Shown: one piece after another, positions 13,631 through 25,398 of the stretch | Numbering within the stretch: the first letter of the stretch is position 1 | How the letters are laid out: every line of letters starts with the position of its first letter | Origin: Nemertoderma westbladi | Lineage: Eukaryota; Animalia; Xenacoelomorpha | NCBI GenBank assembly: GCA_032718475.1 | Contig: JAUCBJ010003768.1 | Span: 44,963 to 108,962, forward strand | Reading direction: 5' to 3' | Length of the DNA: 64,000 nucleotides | Notes under the pieces: model-generated | The model's database searches: none | The model's input: the letters and a program-made list of their open reading frames with translations, nothing else | Told to the model about the DNA's origin: nothing | Position numbers and translations under genes: made by a program

Positions 13631-14722
13631 TATTACAGCAATCAGATCAGTATAAGATGGTTCGACAACATTTGTGTCTACTGTTGATGGTGACACAGAA
13701 CCATTTGAAGTGTTATGGGGCGTCCTCCAAGGAGACACACTTGCACCATTCTTGTTCATTATTGTGGTTGACTATGTTCTACGCATTTCCTTAGATCATT
13801 ATAATGATGATGGGGTGATGATAACTCCACCTACTGGCTCCAGAAGTCGAGGAAATCCTGCCAAGTACCTAACTGATCTAGACTTTGCTGATGACTTAGG
13901 AGTACTCTCAGAATCATTAGAGGGAGCCCAACGGCTCCTCAGCTCATTAGAACATGCTGCTTCTAGTGTTGGTCTTTATATTAACTCCAGAAAGACCAAA
14001 ATTCTGACAGTTATTTTTGAAAGTCCTCAGCAAGTCTCTGATCGGATGAGCATAAGCTCAAAGGATGGTATGCTTGAGCATGTGGACGACTTCTGTTACC
14101 TGGGATCATGGATCCGGAAGTCAGGTGAGGACCTTCGAATACGTAAGGGAAAGGCATGGGCAGCCTTGAATAGGCTTTCCATGATTTGGAAGTCACCGAG
14201 AATTAATCGGAAACTTAAGGTCCGATTATTTAGAGCAGCAGTAGTTCCAGTACCTCTATGGGAGTTCCTCTAGTTCCTCTATGGGAGTCCATGCTGGGCT
14301 CTAACTGCTGAGGACACCAAATCTCTGGATGGCACATTCACAAGAATGCTACGCTGGGTTCATTGTGTCAAGTACAATGCACACATCTCCAACCAGACAC
14401 TACATAACATTGGAGGTGTCTCATTGGTTCCCCCAAGCTTGACACTAGAACAAAATCGCCTCCGCTTTGCAGGACATTGCTTTCGCCGTGAGGACCAGCC
14501 AGTGCATAATCTTGTACTTTGGCAGCCTCATGGAGTGAATAAGCATGGTGGACAGCCCATGACTTTCTTGAGACGCATCTTAAAGGACACTGGCCTTGAA
14601 TATGCGGATGATCGAGCAAATGTCATGGGTGATAGGGAGTTGTGGCGGTGCAATTTTGTTGACAAGCCGGCACAGCATTCTTAAAAATGCAGCTGCAATG
14701 CAGCATGCCGATCCTAGTAGTG
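13630..14722 (+). mobile_element. 5'-truncated RTE-clade LINE (RT C-terminal half), frameshifted
   Basis: GVLQGDTLAPFLFIIVVDYVLR, TDLDFADDL, FCYLGS, RLRFAGHCFRR motifs; short 3' UTR with TAG-repeat tail; local duplication at about 14250-14290 breaks the frame. Confidence 0.88.
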
Positions 14723-14729
14723 TATTACA

Positions 14730-16029
14730 CAAGAAAGCGTAAATCTCCGCAACATAAAAATATAATATCTAGAAAAATCTTAAGGGTGGCTCTTGGTACA
14801 TGTGCAACAATTTTTATGCGGGAACAAGAAGCTCACGATAATCGTCTTGAAATTTATGTCCACAACCTCCCAACTTCTAGAGATTATCCAGATGTAGAAA
14901 CAGCATTAGCGCAAATTCGAGGTAATATTCTTCAGTTAATATTAGACCGATTGAAAGAAATGAATGTTCTTAGACTGTGGTTAGGTCTAAATGTATTAAT
15001 GTACAGATCACATTTTTCAGAAGGCGAACAATTAGAAACCTTTTATTTTAATTCTTCCGGTGGTGCTACTAATACTGTAGATTCATCACAAAGTTTTGAC
15101 ACATGGTTTGAGTATGTGGTGCAAAATGTATTACAAAAAATAGCCATCTTTAACACACGTGGTTCGGGCTGGCGTATTAAATCTTTATTTACTATATAAG
15201 GGACATGGATATATGGAATTACCTAAGGTTCTATCGAGTGAACGATGTACAATAAATATACAATCGGCTGATAATGACTGTTTCAAATGGGCTATTATAG
15301 CCACAAAATTTAGTAGCAAAGTGAAAAATCACAAATACCGTACTTTGCAGTACAAAAATTATATGAGTCATTTCATTTTTGACAACGGTTGACAATGACT
15401 ATCCAACAGAGTGGCAGCTAGCGATTAAACTTTTTGAAAAACAAAATTCTAAATATATAATTAATTTACTATGTTGGAATAACGACAACAAACGCACCCC
15501 CGTATCTATATTAAGACAACCACCGTTTAGTAAAATTACACCAGATAAAGAGTTATTAAATATATTACTTGTAGTAAAAAATAACAATGTACCTAAACTG
15601 AATCATTATGTTTGCATAACTAACTTGAATCGATTGCTGAATACGAGAGCTCTTCATATCGTCAATAGGCAATATTGTGAAAGATGTTTAGCGCATTTTT
15701 TTCGACCGGAAGTTCTCCATCATCACCGTCTCACCGGCTACCAAGGAAGAAGTCAACGAGAGAAACTACCTAATAAAAAAAGAACACACATTAGTTTTAC
15801 AAATTTAGATAGAACTTTATCCCTATTGTTTGTCACCTACTTTGATATAGAATGTATCTTACAACCCTCAATTAATAATCAATTTATACAGGAGCATATA
15901 CCGTGTGCTGTGAGTTATTTAATTGTTCCCAATAGTGAATTAATTGATCCTCCAAAATGTCATTTGAAAACATTCGTAATGTCAAATAATAATAATAATT
16001 GTATTCAAGATTTCTTAGATTCATTATAA
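14730..16029 (+). pseudogene. Polinton/Maverick-like protein-primed DNA polymerase B, N-terminal fragment with two frameshifts
   Basis: Three overlapping ORFs give FNTRGSGW, GYMELPKVL..INIQSADNDCFKWAI, HYVCITNLNRLL, CERCLAHF, YFDIECIL (ExoI-like) and EHIPCAVSY, the motif order I recognise from invertebrate Polinton-type PolB N-termini. Confidence 0.72.
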
Positions 16030-16060
16030 TACTGATTTAACTGAATTATCATTGAACTAT

Positions 16061-16926
16061 CATTCTGGAAGGCCAACGAAACTTCTAATAGTTATATAAA
16101 GGGAATCAGTGGTATTTCCGCTCTTTATTGACAAATAAAGAAAGTTGGTATTTTATAATGTTTTGATCATATCATTACAGAAACAAACAAAAATAATTAA
16201 CACAGAAGGACACAAAGCACAATTTTTACAAAAGTACAAGATCGATTAAAACTCGACAATGATTTATCAAAATATTAATGATTGAGAAATTTATGGTTAA
16301 TTAAAAATGCAAATCATTGAAAAATATTACACAAAATTACTAAATTACAAGCACAAAATTACCACGCCGGAAGTTTGCCAGGTTGACAACCTGAAACTAC
16401 CTTGGAAAACTATCACCCCTCCCTATCATAGGACTGTAAACATTCTGGAAGGCCAACGAAACTTCTAATAGTTATATAAAGGGAATCAATGGTATTTCCG
16501 CTCTTTATTGACAAATAAAGAAAGTTGGTATTTTATAATGTTTTGATCATATCATTACAGAAACAAACAAAAATAATTAACACGGAAGGACACAAAGCAC
16601 AATTTTTACAAAAGTACAAGATCGATTAAATTAAAACTCGACAATGATTTATCAAAATATTAATGATTGAGAAATTTATGGTTTATTAAAAATGCAACAA
16701 AAAATGCAAATCATTGAAAAATATTACACAAAATTACTAAATTACAAGCACAAAATTGCAACGCCCAAAGTTGCCAGGATGACAACCTGAAACGACCTTG
16801 GAAAACTAGGCTATCACCCCTATCATAGGACTGTGAAACTTTCTGGAAGGCCAACGAAACTTCTAGTAATTATATAAAGGGAATCAGTGGTATTTCCGAT
16901 GAATTCTGTCTTTATTGACAAATAAA
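16061..16926. repeat. Tandem duplication of a 380-400 bp AT-rich unit (2 full copies plus the start of a third)
   Basis: TTCTGGAAGGCCAACGAAACTTCTA...GGGAATCA recurs at about 16063, 16443 and 16841. Confidence 0.9.
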
Positions 16927-17218
16927 TTGGAGATGAGCTGTTGCAACTGTAATTAAAGGTGTAATATTATGGGTTTGTTCAGAAGTGGAAAAAATGGGAG
17001 CGCGTCAGCTCATCTCCAATTTATTTAATTAATATCACCTGGCAGCAATACCGAGCTGAATATTTATTTATTTGTACTTCCCTCCTGTTTCACTCTAGCA
17101 TACTTGAGGCCGTTAGGTCCGCTGTTAGAGATAGAATATATGCAACTTAAGACTGCCCGTTCAATAGAAGTGGATTAGGTGGGACTGTGAGTGTCAGGGG
17201 CTAGTGGCTGAGCTGGTT

Positions 17219-17264
17219 AGCGCTACTGATGAGGCCTGTTAGGCCGAAACGTACGTATAGCGCT
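17219..17264 (+). ncRNA. Type I hammerhead ribozyme, copy 1
   Basis: Stem I AGCGCTA/TAGCGCT, CTGATGA core, stem II GGCCT-GTT-AGGCC, GAAAC, palindromic ACGTACGT stem III, GTA cleavage triplet (cut after 17257). Confidence 0.92.
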
Positions 17265-17558
17265 GGTTCAACCCCCGGTGACGCGCTCCCATTTTTTCCA
17301 CTTCTGAACAAACCCATAATATTACACCTTTAATTACAGTTGCAACAGCTCATCTCCAATTTATTTAATTAATATCACCTGGCAGCAATACCGAGCTGAA
17401 TATTTATTTATTTGTACTTCCCTCCTGTTTCACTCTAGCATACTTGAGGCCGTTAGGTCCGCTGTTAGAGATAGAATATATGCAACTTAAGACTGCCCAT
17501 TCAATAGAAGTGGATTAGGTGGGACTGTGAGTGTCAGGGGCTAGTGGCTGAGCTGGTT

Positions 17559-17605
17559 AGCGCTACTGATGAGGCCTGTTAGGCCGAAACGTACGTATAG
17601 TCGCT
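17559..17605 (+). ncRNA. Type I hammerhead ribozyme, copy 2 (1-nt insertion in stem I)
   Basis: Same core; the 3' strand of stem I reads TAGTCGCT. Confidence 0.88.
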
Positions 17606-17899
17606 GGTTCAACCCCCGGTGACGCGCTCCCATTTTTTCCACTTCTGAACAAACCCATAATATTACACCTTTAATTACAGTTGCAACAGCTCATCTCCAA
17701 TTTATTTAATTAATATCACCTGGCAGCAATACCGAGCTGAATATTTATTTATTTGTACTTCCCTCCTGTTTCACTCTAGCATACTTGAGGCCGTTAGGTC
17801 CGCTGTTAGAGATAGAATATATGCAACTTAAGACTGCCCGTTCAATAGAAGTGGATTAGGTGGGACTGTGAGTGTCAGGGGCTAGTGGCTGAGCTGGTT

Positions 17900-17945
17900 A
17901 GCGCTACTGATGAGGCCTGTTAGGCCGAAACGTACGTATAGCGCT
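17900..17945 (+). ncRNA. Type I hammerhead ribozyme, copy 3
   Basis: Core and stems identical to copy 1. Confidence 0.92.
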
Positions 17946-18357
17946 GGGTCAACCCCCGGTGACGCGCTCCCATTTTTTACACTTCTGAACAAACCCATAA
18001 TATTACACCTTTATTGACAAATAAAGAAAGTTAGCGTTTCCGGTAGTATTTTATAGTATTTAACCGGGCATATATTTGCTTCTCGCTCTTCCCTGGAAAA
18101 AGCTGCCCAACTTTCGCTATCTTATAGCTGTTTCTAGGCATCATCGCCCCCTTAATCTCATCCCAAAAGACATCAACCAAGACGTCTTTGGTTGGATCGG
18201 GGAGTCCACTCTATACGTTTCTGTCGCCGGCGGTTGAATATTGATTGAGGACGATTGATCGGACTCAAACTGAAAATAAAAATACATCTCTATAAATATT
18301 AACGTTGTCTATCTGTGTGTCTGTCAGGTCTGACTGTTTATCTAGCTTCCTGTCTGG

Positions 18358-19845
18358 TAGGGATGCAACAGAGCTAAAATTTCATCCGGAGCCGGAGCCC
18401 GGAGATTTCTACGGGTAACAATGTGAGCTCCGGCCGGAACCAGAGCCGGAGCTTTGGTGAATTGATAATTCCAATGTACAGCATACAGACAGACGAATGT
18501 TCGGGCTTAAATTAATGTTGTTTTAGAGGTCGGCATATTGCATTTGGCAATAGGAGCGTATTTTATTCCCCTTTCCCAAATTATTTCGTCTAACTCTGAA
18601 TGACAATAATTCCTGTGTCATTAAGTCCTGTCATTAGATCTCTTCATTGTCGCCACGCAAATACTTAGCGAAATGTTGATTCTAATGGAGAAACTTAAGG
18701 ACAGCTGTACAATGATGCACAACCTAATGGCTAACTGTGATGAACCCAAATAATAATACTAAATACTATTTACTTTATTGTGGGAAAACTGGGACACACT
18801 GTTAGTTAAGACCCGAGTGTATTTATGTACCGAGTGAGCGCAACGATGGAGGCTTCCATAAATATACAAGGGTCATAAACGATGAATAGTGTCCATTCAA
18901 CACAATGGTGTACGTGATTTTGTTACATTATGTCAACTTATCGGCGTTCTGAATGCTTAATATGTAGCTTTATTATTGTAATGTTTAGAGTTTTGGCGCT
19001 CTAACCAAACATTTCTTGCAAACACTGAAAGTTACAATAACTTTTGAGTGTGTGCACGGATTTTGCTGAAATTGCATGCAAACTTTTTTTACATCGATGC
19101 ACTTTTGATTCATGTAATAAAATTTAAGAAATTCCACCAAAATTATTTTCACATTTTCTTATTTACATTATGTTGCTTTTTTCTCCGTGAAAAAAATTAA
19201 ATTAAATTCAATCCTATGGGATACTTATTTCCCTATGGGAAAAAAAACTGCTTCTTTTTCTCCCGATTTTGGGGGATATTCGGATCAAAAACTTGATGAT
19301 AGCCATTGCAGGCTAAGCGTAAGAATATTTACCGTACTGCTGTTACCTTTACTGCAAATATTTGCATAAAAAGGATATTGATTTCATTAATATTCCTAAA
19401 CATTACAATATTAAAGCTAATAACTAGAAAAGAAAGTCATTAAGCTGGCTTTAAGAAGACCGTCAGGGCTTCTTAAGCCAACCAATATCAATGTGAACAT
19501 AACGACAAACACCAAAACAAACAAACACACAAACTAACACACACACAAACATACGTTTTTTTTGGAAGCAATAAGCCCTAACGGTCTTCTAATTAATCTT
19601 CCAGAACGCCGATAAGTTGACATAATGTAACAAAATTACAGACACCATTGTGTGAAAAGGGCACTATTCAGCGTTTATGACCCTTGTGTTTTTTATACAA
19701 ATTAAAAAACCATTTATTTTAATTGAAATTTTAACAACAGAAGCTCCGGATTGGCTCCGGATGGATTTGCCCAGAGCCGGAACCAGAGCTAGAAAATTGA
19801 GCCGGAGCTCCGGATTTCCGGAGCCGGAGCTCTGTTGCATCCCTA
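18358..19845. mobile_element. Non-autonomous hAT element
   Basis: TIR TAGGGATGCAACAGAGCT / AGCTCTGTTGCATCCCTA; perfect 8-bp TSD CTGTCTGG (18350-18357, 19846-19853); subterminal CCGGAGC repeats. Confidence 0.92.
18861..19695. mobile_element. Nested MITE-like insert with about 90-bp imperfect inverted repeats inside the hAT element
   Basis: CAAGGGTCATAAACG...CAACTTATCGGCGTTCTG (about 18867-18951) is inverted at about 19602-19686; exact termini and TSD not resolved. Confidence 0.6.
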
Positions 19846-22104
19846 CTGTCTGGTATGACTGTCAGTCAGTCAGGACTGCCTGTCTGGTCTGGTTGGCTAA
19901 TGGCTACTAGCCATTGGCTAGTATAATATCTGTTTTGCTGTATGTCGAATACCAACAACAACTTCCAAATTGTTATCCCTATTCTCAGCTATTACTCAGT
20001 TGTCCAGGTAGTAAACGCAAAAGACGGATATCTCATACTGTACCGAATTCTCTACCGTACCGTCCACATTGTCCATAATGTGGCAATATTGTTGCATGCA
20101 ACGATCTAGACCAGGCAAAAACAGACAGACAGCCAGACGAGACGGTAGCCAACTTGACCAGAGAGACAGGTATATAGCCAAACGTTGCTGACAGACAGAT
20201 TGACAGTCAAACCGACCAGGCCATTGATATAGACATACACACCAGACAGCCAGTTAGGTCAAACAGATAGAGAGATAGCCATCCAGAGCCGACAGGCAGA
20301 TAGACCTATCAGCCAAACAGATGCCAGTCTGCCAGCCAAACAGATACTCAGCAGACAGGCGACGGTCTGCGGGTTTGCCAGCATAACAAACCGACAACAA
20401 ACCAGCCAGACAGACAGCCAGACCTGACAGAAAGATGGAATATGCCTCCTGTTATTTATATGTATTTGTGGACCATACTGTATGGTGCTGCTTTTAAATG
20501 TTATGGACCATATGGTACTAAACATTCACAGTTATGGCCCTTTAGTTATGGTTACAGTTACAGTTACAGTTATGGTTCCTTTGTGTGAGGAATCGGCCTT
20601 TTTTGACATTGATTTAGCCAATCAGAGCAATCTCCCTTTCTCTGTTAACAGCGGCCTATGAGAGATGACCCAATGCGGCAGTTTTCCGAGAATTCATACT
20701 TCATTCAGAATTCATTCGGACATTCTGACTTTCTGACTTTGCCTTAACATCAGAGGCTTAGAGTCATAAGAACGCAAATCTATTAACATATTGACCTATT
20801 TGTACTGTTAACCACGTACATGATATTAGAATCGTTGGGTCTTCACACCCAGACAATTAATTGGTTTTGTTTGGGGTTATTTTTTATGATTTGGTTTGTG
20901 ATTTGGTATGTTGTGATTTGGTTTGTGATTTGGCTGTTTGGTGTGATTTGTTGTGCTTAATAGTATAATTAATTCTGTAATTGTTAATACTGTAATCCTA
21001 ATACTAATCTAATGCCCGTCTCAAATCAATTTGGTGCACACCACTTGGCTGTCCGATATTTTGGCTATAGAGCATAGAGTGACTACTGAGTGTCTGACCA
21101 TCTGATTACTGACTGTCTGAGCATATGGATTCCCTCAAATGAAAAAGTGATCGTTTATTGTTTTGGTTAGAAAAGCCCGCCTCATTAACCTGCTCCTTTT
21201 CCTCTACAGTCCCAATCCCAATAAACATTAACTTGGTCGTTTTGGCGGCCAAAATGACCAAAATCGCCAAAAAAAATGTAGTGTATTCCTATGGGCTACT
21301 TGGTCGTTTTGGCGAAGCGATTTAACTCGACTCAGTCAAGTCCAGACAGCCCGTCTCCTTGGACATCCATTTGGTTGCTCTGACTAAATGTCGGCTCGCT
21401 TTCATTTTTATTATTGACAGATTGTTAACTTACCTGGAGCTGAGTCGGGCCTTTCAGTTGTAGTAAAGACCACCCACTGAGGCATTGATACAGCACAGGC
21501 TAATACGTAATAAGGGAGTTAGTTGAATGCGGCTTTGTTAAAAGGAGGAGTATGTATAATAATCGGATTTTGTGTGTTATTATTAGATAATCATTTCTCA
21601 CCTTTTCCTTTGTGTAGCTTCAGTTTAGAGTCATTATGAAATGGCAACGTGTTCTGTATGAAGGCGTCCTAATTATAGTTTTATAGTTAGAAGCTGGGTC
21701 TGTGACAGGGCGAGAGGTAGCTATTAAATAGCGACACTCAGTCTCGAACGAGTTCGGTATACTGATGAAATTCAGATTAGACGGCGCGGCCTATTTCTAG
21801 TAGCTGGGTCTGAATTCGAGGGCGATAGTAACTGAAAACATTATAATATCAGGCTCTGGCTCTGTGCTAACAGTCAACAGAGTCGGCATATTTGGGTGAA
21901 TTTATGATGATGTATATTTTGTGAATCGTTTTATTATTTTAATTATTTGTAATGGTAATATTTATTAACTAAGTTTTATTTATTAACCATTCAAAAGTTT
22001 ACTCGATATGAAATATTGATATTGATTTACACCGAACACAATTTTTAATTATGCTTTATTTGTACCGAAACAGATTTATTCCCGAGTTGTTTGAGTTGAT
22101 ACGG

Positions 22105-22662
22105 ATGGAAAGCTGCCCATACAAGGATTCCAAATATGGAAAGCTGGCCATACAAGGATTCCAAATATGGCAAACTGGCCATACAAGGATTCCAAATATG
22201 GAAAGCTGGCCATACAAGGATTCCAAATATGGAAAGATGGCCATACAAGGATTCCAAATATGGAAAGATGGCCATACAAGGATTCCAAATATGGAAAGAT
22301 GGCCATACAAGGATTCCAAATATGGAAAGCTGACCATACAAGGATTCCAAATATGGAAAGATGGCCATACAAGGATTCCAAATATGGAAAGATGGCCATA
22401 CAAGGATTCCAAATATGGAAAGCTGGCCATACAAGGATTCCAAATATGGAAAGATTGCCATGCAAGGATTCCAAATATGTAAAGCTGGCCATACAAGGAT
22501 TCCAAATATGGAAAGATGGCCATACAAGGATTCCAAATATGGAAAGATGACCATACAAGGATTCCAAATATGGAAAGCTGGCATACAAGGATTCCAAATA
22601 TGGAAAGCTGGCTATACAAGGATTCCAAATATGGAAAGCTGGACATACAAGGATTCCAAATA
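22105..22662. repeat. 31-bp minisatellite (ATGGAAAGCTGGCCATACAAGGATTCCAAAT), about 18 copies
   Basis: Direct repetition; the unit matches an internal segment of the MITE family at 57.4-62.5 kb (e.g. reverse complement at about 61720-61753). Confidence 0.95.
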
Positions 22663-24314
22663 GATAAAAAAAAATGAATTTCTATGACATTATAGATGAG
22701 ATTGGGTGTTTAGTGAGATATTAATTATTATTTAGCTGAGCATTTAAACTCTTGTTTCTTCATTACGCGTAATTAAAATAAAATAAAGATAAAATAAACG
22801 TTAGAATTACATCGATTTACGTCTCAAAATTGACATCTGGCTCAAACTCACAAACAGTGGCCAAAAAGTTTCCCACACGATTCGACTTAATTTTAGAATG
22901 AAATTTTTTTTGGAACCTAGTAAAGTTATATATATTTTTAAAGATAATTTTATGGTCCAACAGATACACAAAAAATCATACTGCCACTCCGACTGTTCGC
23001 GCTTTCGAAGACCTTTAGCAGTTTAACCTGCCAAAATTTATATGTCTTTTAGTTAATTAAAACCACTTTAGCATACGACAATAATTTATGCTAATACGCA
23101 AAACATTAGCCGAAGTCAGCCCATGCGCGATCATTCACCCGATGGATCTACACCCGGGAGACTGAATTCGGATGCTTGAATTGGATTATTACAGTGTAAG
23201 GTTGCAGTGTATACCTAATGTATTATTCGATAGATCGTTAATAATTAATTTCTGACAGATATTATTGGCTTTCGGGAAATATTAACAGTTCCTTTAGGAC
23301 GTGGCGCTTTATCTATTTAAACAGAACTAAGACTTATACTAAACGCAACGATACTGCTTATGATTAAAGTATAAAACGTATTCTTTAGGAAATACTTTGT
23401 TACCAATCACAATCATACACACTATTCTGCCGACAGTCAGTACATTTGATCACACATAAAGAGAGCAGTAATTGACTCACGTAGGGTCTGCTAAATAACA
23501 TTGGATTCAATACACACCACATTAATATAAATCGCAATTGTTATATATAGCCGGTCTCTCTAACCTGTAGTGTTATCAAGAAAATTGGGAATTGGGTGAT
23601 TTATCCGTATTATCCAAATAGCAATATTTCCATCAACAAATATTTACAATTAATAACTGACGGTAAAATAACAGTACAAACAATATGATTAATGAGTTAG
23701 GTGATATTCGATTCGTGAGATTAGTTAGTTTGATGAGGTAACAGTTTATACTTTCGATAATTCAAGCAGTTTACGGTACAGCAGTATCTATCCAAAAATG
23801 CCGGTGTTTCTGGCTTAGACAGCAATAACCACAAAGTACCAAGAAAAAACAGTAAGACCGAACACTCTCCTTATGATCGGCAGAAAAGCTACACGTCGAC
23901 AGGAAAAACCGCCCTGATTGGCCCAAGCCAAACAAAGAACCACGCGGCCAATGGCTGTTTCCATGTCAGCAACCAGCTGCTAGATGTCGCAATATGAATC
24001 ATCACGGCTAAACTGTGAAAGGTGGTTGATGCATTACAAGTTTTTTGTCTTACCATGTCCGCTAAAACACGTATATAGCAGAATGATTTTTATGTCCGTT
24101 AAAACACCTGTAAAGGTACCTTGCGGGCGAGGGGAATATATATACAGTTAGAAAACCTTTTTTAGAGTATTCCAGCGCCTGGGGGGAACTGGCCAGCATA
24201 GGCAAACGTATCAGTTATCCCACAAAAGCTTTTACACCGCTCCCAGAAAATGGGATTTAAGTCTATAAAATATACAAAATCACAGTTTCTAAAATACAAA
24301 AATACTCTAAACAG

Positions 24315-25163
24315 TTAGTCTTTCTTGCGCGGACGGCGTTTACGCAGTTTTTTGAAGCTAGCAAGAGTCCTTTTCTCTTTGGGGCGAGCCACTTTACTAG
24401 GAGGGCTATAACTCCTGGGTGAAGGGTGCAATATGATTGCATCAGAAGGTATGGGATTGCGATCGGTATATCCGCCGGTCGAAGTACCGGGTTGATGGAC
24501 ATCAACGTCCGGGGAGAGGGGTCTAACGGCTTTGAGAGCTCGTTTCAAGACAGCCGCTCTTACGGGTCCTTTACGAGTGGTCTGAACGAGGGCCGTGGGT
24601 GGACCATAGGCAGTTAGAAACTTCCTTGGTTTAATGGTTCTTTCTAACTCGCGTTCGCGGGCTCGATACTCGTAAGGCCGTCGATATACCTCTTGTAACT
24701 CAGGGTGTGAGTTGACGAATAAGTCTCCATAGGCAGGGTCTTGACGGATAAAGTTTATTAAGTTGTAAGACTGGATGTCACTCGGATTAATGCTCCTGAG
24801 AAATTTACGCACATATTTGGTTGAAATACATTCTCCAACGCGCTTCAATAGTTCATAACTTGATAGGCGCGATTTCTGCTCGACGGAGGCAAACAAATAT
24901 GGATGGAACGCATAAACTCCTTCGTAGGCGCGTCCGGGATAATAGCGATGGCGTGAGTCACAATGTAAATCAGCGTTCGCTTCCCAAGCTCTTATATAAC
25001 GTAGTACAATCATTTCATCTACGCTCTCTAAATCATGGTTAAAGGGACAATCAAAGCTGGCGTGTCCTTTTAATTGACAATGATGGCATTGAGTCATAAA
25101 TTGGGGGCAGACGGTAAAAATGTGCAAATTATTAAGCCGACAATATGCACAATAGATTTCCAT
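24315..25163 (-). CDS. Intronless 282-aa orphan ORF with two N-terminal CCHC zinc knuckles and a basic C-terminus (gag/virus-like nucleic-acid-binding protein)
   Basis: CAYCRLNNLHIFTVC and CHHCQLKGHASFDC (CX2CX4HX4C); ends KKLRKRRPRKKD; 849 nt open in AT-rich non-repetitive context. Confidence 0.55.
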   Translation of the reverse strand: MEIYCAYCRLNNLHIFTVCPQFMTQCHHCQLKGHASFDCPFNHDLESVDEMIVLRYIRAWEANADLHCDSRHRYYPGRAYEGVYAFHPYLFASVEQKSRLSSYELLKRVGECISTKYVRKFLRSINPSDIQSYNLINFIRQDPAYGDLFVNSHPELQEVYRRPYEYRARERELERTIKPRKFLTAYGPPTALVQTTRKGPVRAAVLKRALKAVRPLSPDVDVHQPGTSTGGYTDRNPIPSDAIILHPSPRSYSPPSKVARPKEKRTLASFKKLRKRRPRKKD

Positions 25164-25210
25164 CGACGGTTGTTCGTGGAAATAGGAACAAAGATCGTTG
25201 TGTTCGGTAC

Positions 25211-25398
25211 CTTATATCTCGTGTCGTCCACCTCATCTCTCGTCGCCTTTACCCAGCGGCGGCTGTCCGGCGATTTCATTTCAATCACGTAGTTTTTAAT
25301 CCGCGAGCCGCCATCATTATCTGGAGGTTGCCACGACAACGAAACAAAATCACGTCCAGTGCCGGTCACTTTGAGGTGGGTGGGTCTGTCGGGAACGT
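25211..25398 (-). CDS. Titin-like exon (N-terminal half of FN3; last exon found)
   Basis: DVPDRPTHLKV...DDTRYK; acceptor clear, donor AAG|GTACCG tentative. Confidence 0.8.

Larger units (their letters stand above)
16920..18012 (+). mobile_element. Non-autonomous hammerhead retroelement (retrozyme / Penelope-like pLTR array): inverted 5' segment plus about 3 tandem 340-nt units
   Basis: 16920-17007 is the reverse complement of part of the unit; units spaced 340/341 nt, each with a hammerhead; flanked by CTTTATTGACAAATAAA at 16910-16926 and 18009-18025; no ORF. Confidence 0.88.

Noticed and set aside
22045-22663. Multiple overlapping ORFs on both strands
   Set aside because: By-product of the 31-bp minisatellite.
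23885-23960. GC box with opposed CCAAT boxes as a promoter
   Set aside because: No linked transcription unit identifiable; the motifs are too short to support alone.
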